Shown here: in pieces, positions 6,997 to 14,818 of the stretch
How the letters are laid out: each line of letters starts with the position of its first letter
Numbering within the stretch: the stretch's first letter is position 1
Sequence record: NC_003214.2
Length of the DNA: 40,900 bases
Reading direction: 5' to 3' (one strand)
Made by a program: the position numbers and the translations under genes
Notes under the pieces: model-generated
Database searches by the model: none
Seen by the model: only the letters and a program-made list of their open reading frames with translations
Told to the model about the DNA's origin: nothing

Positions 6997-7120
6997 TTCA
7001 ATTTATTTTTTTTATGTTTTTCTATTTCTTATTTTTCTCATTTTCGTTATGATGTTTCTTTCTTTAAAATAGTTTCGTTGACTTTTTTAATATCGAGAAA
7101 TCGAGACAAAGAAGTATATC

Positions 7121-7134
7121 GAAAAATTTAAATA
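7121..7134 (+). promoter_or_regulatory. Early-type promoter GAAAAATTTAAATA
   Basis: Repeated motif; ATG 7158 lies 24 nt after the TATA. Confidence 0.85.
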
Positions 7135-7157
7135 CCCGTTTTATGTATATATTCTTG

Positions 7158-7895
7158 ATGTATGGGTTAGAAGTTAAACAACTCAAATTACTTTATAATT
7201 TACCTAAAGTTTTTTTAACACCAAATCTAAATAAATTTTCTATCACAAGAAATTATGTGGATTGTGCCTATTATGAGTCAAGAAGTGGGCTAACTAGAGA
7301 GGGCTGTATTATATTCGATGGTAATGTTCACAGAACACGTGGAATATATTATATTCCTGTACCGTCTGCTGTGGAACTATCATATAGAAGGAAAATGATA
7401 AAGGATGAACAAGATGTCAAGCAGATAATAGAGAAAATTAATCTTTATGGTGCTACTCTAAATACTAATAAGTTGTTAGTAAAGTGGAATAATTATGAAA
7501 TAATTCTATATGATCGGTTCATTAAAGGAGGAATGTATGAGTTTCCTTTACTGTTTAGTCAAGGACATCTATATGTTTACAACATCCCTAGGGTGAGGGA
7601 GGCATATAGGATTATCTATGAAAACGATAACCAAAAGGAGGAAATTGATAGTGAGATGTTTGAAGAGATTAACGAATTTAGCGTATACAATCATGCTATC
7701 AAGTTTGATAAGAAAGTGCTGAAATTAAAAGAATTGTATGTTTCACCTGGTCAAGGAGTAGTCATATACACACTAGATGACGTTACACTTGTTTCAGAGT
7801 CACCAGACCATAATAAAATTGAGAAATTTGTGTATAAGAATTCGTGGATACTGTTTTCACATCGTGCCCCACGTAACCAAGATCAAAGAGATTAA
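7158..7895 (+). CDS. Hypothetical protein (245 aa; leaderless start 7158 preferred over 7143), C-terminal SPDH...LFSH motif
   Basis: Long ORF; ATG 7143 is too close to the TATA. Confidence 0.9.
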   Translation: MYGLEVKQLKLLYNLPKVFLTPNLNKFSITRNYVDCAYYESRSGLTREGCIIFDGNVHRTRGIYYIPVPSAVELSYRRKMIKDEQDVKQIIEKINLYGATLNTNKLLVKWNNYEIILYDRFIKGGMYEFPLLFSQGHLYVYNIPRVREAYRIIYENDNQKEEIDSEMFEEINEFSVYNHAIKFDKKVLKLKELYVSPGQGVVIYTLDDVTLVSESPDHNKIEKFVYKNSWILFSHRAPRNQDQRD

Positions 7896-7946
7896 CATTT
7901 TTTTATGATTCTTCTTAATCGAGAAAAATGTTTCTAGAGATTTGTC

Positions 7947-7960
7947 GAAAAATTTAAATA
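7947..7960 (+). promoter_or_regulatory. Early-type promoter GAAAAATTTAAATA
   Basis: Identical to 7121-7134; ATG 7981 lies 21 nt downstream. Confidence 0.85.
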
Positions 7961-7980
7961 TTTATTTTGCGTATTTTTAA

Positions 7981-8211
7981 ATGATAAACATGGGTGGGAA
8001 AACATTAATTATAAATTGGGAAAACCCGTTAAATAGAGATGCATACACGGAAATAGGAAAATTGATGGTGTTAGTTTTGCCGTATGTAGTTAATATTGAG
8101 ATTGTAGATACTGAAGGTTGTATAATGGAAATAGATGATACAATAGAAGATGAGATAAAGGAGTTAAGTAGATTCTTAAAGTATGTTGAAGTGTCTTTTG
8201 CAGAAGAATAA
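7981..8211 (+). CDS. Small acidic hypothetical protein (76 aa), anti-defence candidate
   Basis: Own early promoter; acidic. Confidence 0.85.
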   Translation: MINMGGKTLIINWENPLNRDAYTEIGKLMVLVLPYVVNIEIVDTEGCIMEIDDTIEDEIKELSRFLKYVEVSFAEE

Positions 8212-8272
8212 AAAATAAGCTATCCAATTTTTTTATAATATAAAAAGAGAAAAATAAAAAAAATAAATTAAC

Positions 8273-8584
8273 TTAGTTAACTTCTATTTCGGCACCTATC
8301 ATTTCCGCTATTTTTTCGAGTGTCTTTAACACATTCACGTATCTCTCAAATCTTTTATTTAGAGTTTCGTCAATATCTCCTTTAACATCTGTCACTTCAT
8401 TCTGTATCTCATTCTCTGTAATAGTTTGCATATTTCCCATAAATTTTTCTTGTTTGTCCCTGTATTTTATTTCACTCTCCTTAACAGTTATTATAGCTTC
8501 TATCGTTCCTTCAAGCGTTATACTATCGTCCCTTGTGTCGATAATCAATTTGTATTTTATTGTTTTTTGTTTCACTTCTACCAT
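8273..8584 (-). CDS. MV(E/D)V...IEV family paralog 2 (103 aa)
   Basis: KYKLIIDT...LEG...RYVNVLKTLEKI...GAEIEV shared with 6697-6996. Confidence 0.9.
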   Translation of the reverse strand: MVEVKQKTIKYKLIIDTRDDSITLEGTIEAIITVKESEIKYRDKQEKFMGNMQTITENEIQNEVTDVKGDIDETLNKRFERYVNVLKTLEKIAEMIGAEIEVN

Positions 8585-8612
8585 GTTTGGTCGATTGTAT
8601 ATTAGATAAAGA

Positions 8613-8628
8613 GATATTTAAAATTTTC
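8613..8628 (-). promoter_or_regulatory. Early-type promoter GAAAATTTTAAATATC
   Basis: Repeated motif upstream of 8584. Confidence 0.85.
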
Positions 8629-8727
8629 TGTGTCTTTCTCCTTATCGATTTTTCGTCCTAAAAATTCCATACGATAAAAATATTATCAGAAACATGAGAA
8701 CAATTAGAAATAAAAAAAAGGAGAAAA

Positions 8728-9012
8728 TTATTTTTCATAATTAGAATATATAAGATTTATAAGGGGTGATATCTCTTTTTCATGTTTTTTTAGTATGTCT
8801 AGGACATACCATTGATCATTATAGTCTTCAGGTTTTGCTATTATAAACAATTTTACTAATTTTTCCATAAATTGAATCCCTTTTATATGTCCAAATCTTT
8901 CATACCACCACTGTATGAATTCAACATTTTCTGTAGACATATAAAAAAATTTATCATTAATTTTAACATATTTTTCCCCAAATTCTATCTGTTCATTTAT
9001 CTGTTCATTCAT
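8728..9012 (-). CDS. Hypothetical protein (94 aa), anti-defence candidate
   Basis: Own promoter; GGGGA SD. Confidence 0.85.
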   Translation of the reverse strand: MNEQINEQIEFGEKYVKINDKFFYMSTENVEFIQWWYERFGHIKGIQFMEKLVKLFIIAKPEDYNDQWYVLDILKKHEKEISPLINLIYSNYEK

Positions 9013-9044
9013 ACTTCTATCCCCTAATTATCATTAGAAAAATA

Positions 9045-9060
9045 GATATTTAAAGATTTC
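9045..9060 (-). promoter_or_regulatory. Early-type promoter GAAATCTTTAAATATC
   Basis: 24-bp identity 9042-9065 = 9462-9485. Confidence 0.85.
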
Positions 9061-9148
9061 TCTATTTTTTGATTCATGAAAAAATGGATAACTTTCCAGA
9101 TAATATCCAAAACTTGAAAAAAATTACGAATAAAAAAAAGAAATTGGC

Positions 9149-9436
9149 TTAATCAACTTCTATTGTTAATCCTGATTTTTCTAATTCATTCAGACCTTCT
9201 TTTATTTCGTCAATTCTTTTGTCTAGTTCTTCAACAATTCTATTTATCATGTTTTTTACCTGGTCTGTTTTTATTGTTTCCACGAATCCTATTTCTTTTA
9301 TTGATGAAACAGCGTATGGCATTTCACTGTCTTTTACGTTAAAGATTACTTTTGTTTCACAGTCAAGACTTACAATACCATTTACGGAATTTATTTTTAT
9401 CTTGCATTCGATTTGTTTCTTTACTACTTCAACCAT
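9149..9436 (-). CDS. MV(E/D)V...IEV family paralog 3 (95 aa)
   Basis: Same N-terminus, beta-strand pattern, C-terminal helix and terminal IEV as the other two. Confidence 0.88.
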   Translation of the reverse strand: MVEVVKKQIECKIKINSVNGIVSLDCETKVIFNVKDSEMPYAVSSIKEIGFVETIKTDQVKNMINRIVEELDKRIDEIKEGLNELEKSGLTIEVD

Positions 9437-9464
9437 TTTTGGTCATTAATACATTAGACACATA

Positions 9465-9480
9465 GATATTTAAAGATTTC
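9465..9480 (-). promoter_or_regulatory. Early-type promoter GAAATCTTTAAATATC
   Basis: Duplicate of 9045-9060. Confidence 0.85.
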
Positions 9481-10014
9481 TCTATCTTTCTTTTTATCGA
9501 ATTTTCGTTTTCAATTATGTGGAAGGAGTTGGAATATTATTTCAAAATCGAAAACAAGTTTGAGTACTAATTTATCTACTTTTTTTTCTGTATTTTGAGA
9601 GATATAAATTCAATCCCGGCTGCAGAACAATTTTTGTATCTTATTGTATTTTTATCTGTTTTTTTGTTTGAATACTAATTTGTTCACTTAATTTAAGGAA
9701 ACAAAAAAGAATTCAAACAAAAAATCTATTGTTTCAAATATTATTTTAATGACTTTATAATTTATACGTAAAAATAATCAGAGTGTAACGTAATGAATTG
9801 GATAAATTTCTTTTAAAAGAGTTTTCTGATTTGGGCTAACCCAAACGATTAAAGTTTTTTCTTTAAAAATGATTTTACGCCGTTATTTTCCCTAATTTTA
9901 AGGAGAGTTAAGGGCAAAAGTGGAAAATTTTAGGTTTAAAAACTTTTCTAGTAAAATAACGAGTGTGGTTAAAAAAGATTTTTGTATCCAGAGTGAAACT
10001 AATACTATCTTCTT

Positions 10015-10218
10015 TCAATTATCCATAAGATTTTTCTGGGTAACGAGAGAAAAATTTTTTATTATTTTTGGGATATTTTGAATCGGAACATAATTGAATA
10101 TCTCTACTGAACCATTTCTTATTAGCTTCACGCTAACAAACAAATTATCATCTTTTATTTCGATATTTAGTATCTCATATTCTTCTTTCATAGAATAATA
10201 CTTATTCAGTATTACCAT
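10015..10218 (-). CDS. Hypothetical protein (67 aa), possibly a remnant
   Basis: Protein-like composition, but no intact early promoter at normal spacing. Confidence 0.6.
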   Translation of the reverse strand: MVILNKYYSMKEEYEILNIEIKDDNLFVSVKLIRNGSVEIFNYVPIQNIPKIIKNFSLVTQKNLMDN

Positions 10219-10297
10219 TTAAAGCAAAATTCTCGATATTACCTTATATGGTGTAATATTATCCAAAACTTGAGAAATATAGTGAATAAAAATAAGT

Positions 10298-11977
10298 TTA
10301 ATAATGAATGGTGATTATTCCATTATACTCATTTTCGATGAAATTCATTTTTTTCACCGATTGTTTTATGAATAAATCATGGTTATAAATGACGTCCAAT
10401 ATGTAACCTTTTCTTTTATTTTGTGATACTCTCATTACTCTACCAATACGTTGGATTAATTTAATTCTACTTTTTCCTTGCGTTAATAATACTACTAACC
10501 TTAGATTTGGAATATCTAAACCTTCATCTGCTAAGGAAGTCGATATTAATACTTGTAACTTTTCATTTTTCAAAGCTTCAATTTTTTCCATCCTTTCTTC
10601 TAGTTTTGTCTTACTTGATACCCAATCGGCAATAATTCCATTTTCTCTCATTATTTCGGCTAGTTTTTTAGCTATTGCTATTCTCCTTACAATTACCAGA
10701 CAAGGGTATTGGTTTAATTGTTTTATTTTGCTAATGATTTGCTTGTTTGTATTTGGTGAATGCTCAAATGATCTTAACAGTGAAGAGTAATATTTAGCAA
10801 AATTTTCAGGGTCTTTATTATCATCTAAATCCTGTATCTTCAATTTCAGTTTTTTAGGAATTTCTGGAATATATCTTATATATTCAATAGGAACTAAATA
10901 TCTATTTCTCACAAGTTCTGTGTAGTCAATTGTAAATGATATTTTTCCTAGTAATCCCATAATTTCTAGTTCTTTCCCGTCTTCTCTGATAGGAGTAGCA
11001 CTTAACCCCAATCGTATTGAATTTGGTGAATCCAGTAATAACGATTTTACAATATTTGCAGGTGTGTGGTGAGCTTCATCTATTATTACTAAGTCTGCAT
11101 TAGTTACTAATTCTTTCAGTTTTTCATGTTCATTTCTCTTCTTTTTCGAATAATAATAGGAAATTGATAATGCTATAAAATCACTCCTTTCTCCTTTTTT
11201 TATTTCATCAATTTCTCCTGATACTAATACAAAAGGTAAGTCTTCTTTTTTGGCAAAATTCTGGAATTGTTTCAGTAGAGTAGTTGAGTTGACAGCGTAT
11301 ACAATTTTTGCATTATTCTTGTTTTTTAGTATTTCTAAAGCAGAAAGGATAGCAATTACAGATTTTCCAGATCCTGTAGGGGCTTTTATGATTCCGTTAC
11401 CAATTACATTAACGTCACTAACCCATGATTTTATACTATTTATTTGGTAGTTTCTCATCTCAAAGTTCTTTAATTGAATATCGTAAAATCTTAAGTTAGT
11501 AAAAGGCTTTAGATCAAAATTAGCTATATTTTTCAATTTCCAGTATAACCCCCTTAGTGTTACAAATCCATAGCTTTTTTGCCACGCTAATAATATTTCT
11601 TCTTCTGTATACTTTCCTTCTTTATAGTCAAACGTTTTTATTTTATAAGTTAACAAGTTTTTGTATTTTTCCAGATTATCACGAATATAGATGTAATTTC
11701 CCTTTATGTATGCATTTATGATGTTATTATCATCCTTAATATAATTTGAGAGTATATTATAAATAGAGTTTCCAATATATTCCGCAATTTGATCTATTAT
11801 TCCTTTTAGTTCATCTTTTGTTAATCTACTTATCTTGTATTCATTGATATACCATTTTTTAGTTGAAGGATCAAAATTAGCTATCTCTCTCATTAAATTA
11901 GTGTAATTCAAAAAATCTTCTCTTGACAAATATTTATTTGGAGATGGTAAATATATCTTGTTAATGTTTTGCGTCAA
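10298..11977 (-). CDS. SF2 helicase, XPB/Rad25-like (559 aa, TTG start)
   Basis: APTGSGKS, DEAHH, SAT, STSLADEGLDIP, QRIGRVMR; N-terminal FDPSTKKWYI (HARP-like). Confidence 0.95.
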   Translation of the reverse strand: MTQNINKIYLPSPNKYLSREDFLNYTNLMREIANFDPSTKKWYINEYKISRLTKDELKGIIDQIAEYIGNSIYNILSNYIKDDNNIINAYIKGNYIYIRDNLEKYKNLLTYKIKTFDYKEGKYTEEEILLAWQKSYGFVTLRGLYWKLKNIANFDLKPFTNLRFYDIQLKNFEMRNYQINSIKSWVSDVNVIGNGIIKAPTGSGKSVIAILSALEILKNKNNAKIVYAVNSTTLLKQFQNFAKKEDLPFVLVSGEIDEIKKGERSDFIALSISYYYSKKKRNEHEKLKELVTNADLVIIDEAHHTPANIVKSLLLDSPNSIRLGLSATPIREDGKELEIMGLLGKISFTIDYTELVRNRYLVPIEYIRYIPEIPKKLKLKIQDLDDNKDPENFAKYYSSLLRSFEHSPNTNKQIISKIKQLNQYPCLVIVRRIAIAKKLAEIMRENGIIADWVSSKTKLEERMEKIEALKNEKLQVLISTSLADEGLDIPNLRLVVLLTQGKSRIKLIQRIGRVMRVSQNKRKGYILDVIYNHDLFIKQSVKKMNFIENEYNGIITIHY

Positions 11978-12006
11978 TTTTTGTCACTATACTATTAGCA
12001 TGTAAG

Positions 12007-12028
12007 CTTATAAATTTGTGATATCATA
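12007..12028. promoter_or_regulatory. Divergent TATA plus TGTGATATCATA operator
   Basis: The 22-bp sequence is the exact reverse complement of 21620-21641. Confidence 0.75.
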
Positions 12029-12045
12029 ATTTATGTAGAGTAAAC

Positions 12046-12381
12046 ATGTCTACTCAAATCCAAATCAAAAAGTTAATTGAAAGGTGTGATTTTTTAACAA
12101 CAAGTGTGTATGAGAAATATGACTTAAGAAATATAATAAGAAACGATGAGAGATTTATAATAAGACAAGGAGATCTCATAATAACTAACAAATTTATACA
12201 AAATCCGGCAATAAGAGGGCTAAGACACGTCCATCTAACCCATTTGGCATTCAGAGGATCACATATTATTTTACCATATCAAAATTATACGGCGGTTTTT
12301 CACAATGAACACGGTCTTGTAATAATTCCAGAGAAAATAGAAAAACTAGCATTTTACACATTTGAGAATTCGATAGATTGA
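12046..12381 (+). CDS. His-rich RQGD-motif protein (111 aa)
   Basis: RQGDL...H.HLTH...SH...HNEHG pattern. Confidence 0.85.
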
Positions 12382-12385
12382 TTAA

Positions 12386-13417
12386 GTGTTGACCATGGAG
12401 AACAGAGGGATAAGGATAGCTGAAAGGTATGGCTATAAGTTAGTTCCGCATTTTTTTAACTTATTTTTTATTCTAGACAATTGGAATAATATACCTATTG
12501 GGAAAACAATTGTGAGTCTTTACAATTATCGTCAAAAAGAATTTGTTGAAATATTCAAAAAATATGACGAAAACATAGGTATAGCTACTGTTAATTACAC
12601 TAATGTTCATGTGATAAAAAACCATAACGAATTCGAGATTATTGTTTACAATGTTGATAGCATTCATGACCATAAAAGTAAGTATCTTCTAATGTTGTTC
12701 TTAGGTAATAAGTTTATTTTCAGAAGAGGAAAAGTGTATTTGTATGACATAGTTATCAGAAATCTAATTAAATCGCATGACCTCCAGTTTAAAATCAAAA
12801 AGATAAACTTAATCAGGGTAAGGTCACTTTTTGGCAATAATATCGTATCTTATTATCCTAAGAAAGAGCTTATAAGAAACTCAATTATTCTAGGGAAAGG
12901 GGCTAACGATAGCATATACGTAATTACTGAGATCAATAACAAGAGAGTTTTATACTATGTCAAAAGAATTAGGAAAATCCCTAGATTAAATAGGATAGCT
13001 CTGAAAAATCACAAGTTGCAATATCAATTTTTCAAAATGTTGTTACAAAAAGGAATACTGCAGAAAGAAACACTATTTCCTATCGTACCCTTGAGGTCGT
13101 TGTTTACATCGTTAAGGATTTCTGGAACTTCTGAATGGAAATTTAGCCCGCTGTATGTGTTTAATGGAAGACTAGTAAATGCTAACATTTATGCAAGAGC
13201 AATGAACCCTGTGTTAATCGATTATGATTACGATGAAACCAATCAGGTTTTGCTAAAATTTGCAGATGAGAGTTATCATTCGGTGCTTTGTGGACTTGAT
13301 TACAAAAACATGTTATGGTGTATAACGTTACCAGCGATTACAATGTGGTGGAGAATAAAGGAAGTATACAAATATGTTTATGACCTGGACAACCAAACCA
13401 AAGTTTTTAACTACTAA
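12386..13417 (+). CDS. Basic hypothetical protein (343 aa, GTG start; ATG 12395 alternative)
   Basis: Long ORF 4 nt after the RQGD gene. Confidence 0.9.
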   Translation: MLTMENRGIRIAERYGYKLVPHFFNLFFILDNWNNIPIGKTIVSLYNYRQKEFVEIFKKYDENIGIATVNYTNVHVIKNHNEFEIIVYNVDSIHDHKSKYLLMLFLGNKFIFRRGKVYLYDIVIRNLIKSHDLQFKIKKINLIRVRSLFGNNIVSYYPKKELIRNSIILGKGANDSIYVITEINNKRVLYYVKRIRKIPRLNRIALKNHKLQYQFFKMLLQKGILQKETLFPIVPLRSLFTSLRISGTSEWKFSPLYVFNGRLVNANIYARAMNPVLIDYDYDETNQVLLKFADESYHSVLCGLDYKNMLWCITLPAITMWWRIKEVYKYVYDLDNQTKVFNY

Positions 13418-13432
13418 TTGAGACAAAAAAAG

Positions 13433-13714
13433 CTATTTGAATAAGCTTATAATTATCTCATATTTTGTTTTCCCTAATCGTTGTGCTAATTCTTCTAATC
13501 TTTCGTTTTCCTGATCATAAAAAATTATGTTGATAACCTTGGGTATTAAATCATTTTTTATGTTCATGTCATGTGATCTTGTAGAGTTATATATCTTTAC
13601 TTGATATTTTTTCTCTAATTCTTTCATTACACATTCCCTATACGATTTATATTCTTTACACATATTAACTAGTTTATAGAAGTATTTTTTTGATATGCGT
13701 ATTGTGTAGATCAT
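13433..13714 (-). CDS. Tandem RHH-type transcription regulator (93 aa)
   Basis: Two strand-helix-helix units: IYTIRISKKYFYKL... and INIIFYDQENERLEELAQRLGKTKYEIIISL. Confidence 0.7.
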   Translation of the reverse strand: MIYTIRISKKYFYKLVNMCKEYKSYRECVMKELEKKYQVKIYNSTRSHDMNIKNDLIPKVINIIFYDQENERLEELAQRLGKTKYEIIISLFK

Positions 13715-13798
13715 TTTCTTTCACATATACTTTCTCGTGATTTAATTTATATATTTATTTGAGAAAGATTTATATAGTTCTTTTGTATATGCTATCAT

Positions 13799-14155
13799 AT
13801 GCTGTATATTCTCAATTCCGCAACCTTGCCCTTAAAACCAGGTAAAGAATATGTAATACACGCAAAAGAACTAACGATAGAGGAGGCAAAGGAACTATTA
13901 GAGAATGAGAGATTCATTTCGGCAGTAGGACACGAGGCTACAGCGAAAATGTTGACAAATATTTTCGACGTCGAGATACCAATGAATAGAATCCAAATCT
14001 TTTTGGATGATGGCGATAAACTGCTATCAATAATCTTAAAGACAAGGCTTGAGGAAGGTAAAGTTATAAAGACTGTAGAGGAATTGGAGCAAATCGGATA
14101 TAATATATGGTTGTTCGAAGTCGTCACTTATGAACATAATGTCAAATATGAGTAA
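13799..14155 (+). CDS. acrIII-1: AcrIII-1 viral ring nuclease (DUF1874 / STIV B116 / AFV3-109 family, 118 aa)
   Basis: LYILNS, ISAVGHEATA (catalytic His), MNRIQI, RLEEGKVI motifs; leaderless under GAGAAAGATTTATATA (13761-13776). Confidence 0.93.
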   Translation: MLYILNSATLPLKPGKEYVIHAKELTIEEAKELLENERFISAVGHEATAKMLTNIFDVEIPMNRIQIFLDDGDKLLSIILKTRLEEGKVIKTVEELEQIGYNIWLFEVVTYEHNVKYE

Positions 14156-14164
14156 AGTGGGAAA

Positions 14165-14431
14165 ATGGAGGAATTTATCATTAAAATAGCTGGAACTAAG
14201 GGGATATCAAATTTTAAATCATACCATTTTAGTATCATCTCGAATTATGAAAATTTTTTTAATTTTATATTGCCTAAAGACGTTAAAGATGTCCTCGTAG
14301 TCCTACCTTTTGACGAGGAAAAAACTAAAACAATTAAGCACGCGATAACTAATGCCAGAAGTAACGTATCGGTTACTATAATGTATAGTGGAAAGATAAG
14401 GGACGAAATGATAATTGGCTGGAGAACTTAA
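14165..14431 (+). CDS. Hypothetical protein (88 aa), co-transcribed with acrIII-1
   Basis: 9 nt after the acrIII-1 stop; GTGGG SD. Confidence 0.85.
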   Translation: MEEFIIKIAGTKGISNFKSYHFSIISNYENFFNFILPKDVKDVLVVLPFDEEKTKTIKHAITNARSNVSVTIMYSGKIRDEMIIGWRT

Positions 14432-14733
14432 GCTGTAAGTAAAATTTCATTTTTTAATAGTTGGTTTACACTCATTCCTCTTCTCTTCAGCTCGTTTTTA
14501 ATTATTAACTCATTCTCTTTCTTCATGTGAACCTGTAACCTGACGTATTCCTTTTCTCCTACTCTTATTATGACATTTTTCACGTTCTCTTTCCTATACG
14601 ATTTCGTGTCATCTTCAATATTGAAGTAGTTTAACAATAGTTGGCGTAAAACGGCGGATACACTTGTTTCTCTTCTTTCTGCTTCTTCTCTCAACCTATC
14701 ATACAACGACTTTTCAATCGTTACTATCATCAC
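14428..14733 (-). CDS. avtR: AvtR-like duplicated RHH regulator (~100 aa; GTG 14733 or ATG 14730)
   Basis: TSVSAVLRQLLLNYFNIED and ENELIIKNELKRRGMSVNQLLK match my recollection of AFV6 AvtR; divergent gene arrangement. Confidence 0.82.
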   Translation of the reverse strand: MMIVTIEKSLYDRLREEAERRETSVSAVLRQLLLNYFNIEDDTKSYRKENVKNVIIRVGEKEYVRLQVHMKKENELIIKNELKRRGMSVNQLLKNEILLTA

Positions 14734-14757
14734 ATGTCACTAATAAAATTATTACAT

Positions 14758-14818
14758 CACAAATTTAAAAACTTTGTACTACCCACAAGTTTAAAAATGT
14801 GATATCACAATTATAAAT
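14758..14818. promoter_or_regulatory. Divergent promoter: three CACAA-TATA direct repeats and the perfect palindrome TGTGATATCACA (14798-14809)
   Basis: cacaaatttaaaaa 14758, cacaagtttaaaaa 14784, cacaattataaa 14806. Confidence 0.78.

Noticed and set aside
12060-12083. Second CRISPR-repeat-like match CCAAATCAAAAAGTTAATTGAAAG
   Set aside because: Only 15/24 identity, and it lies inside the coding start of ORF111 (QIKKLIER). Treated as chance and used as a caveat for the 10012 candidate.
13795-14127. 110-aa minus-strand ORF
   Set aside because: Shadow of acrIII-1.
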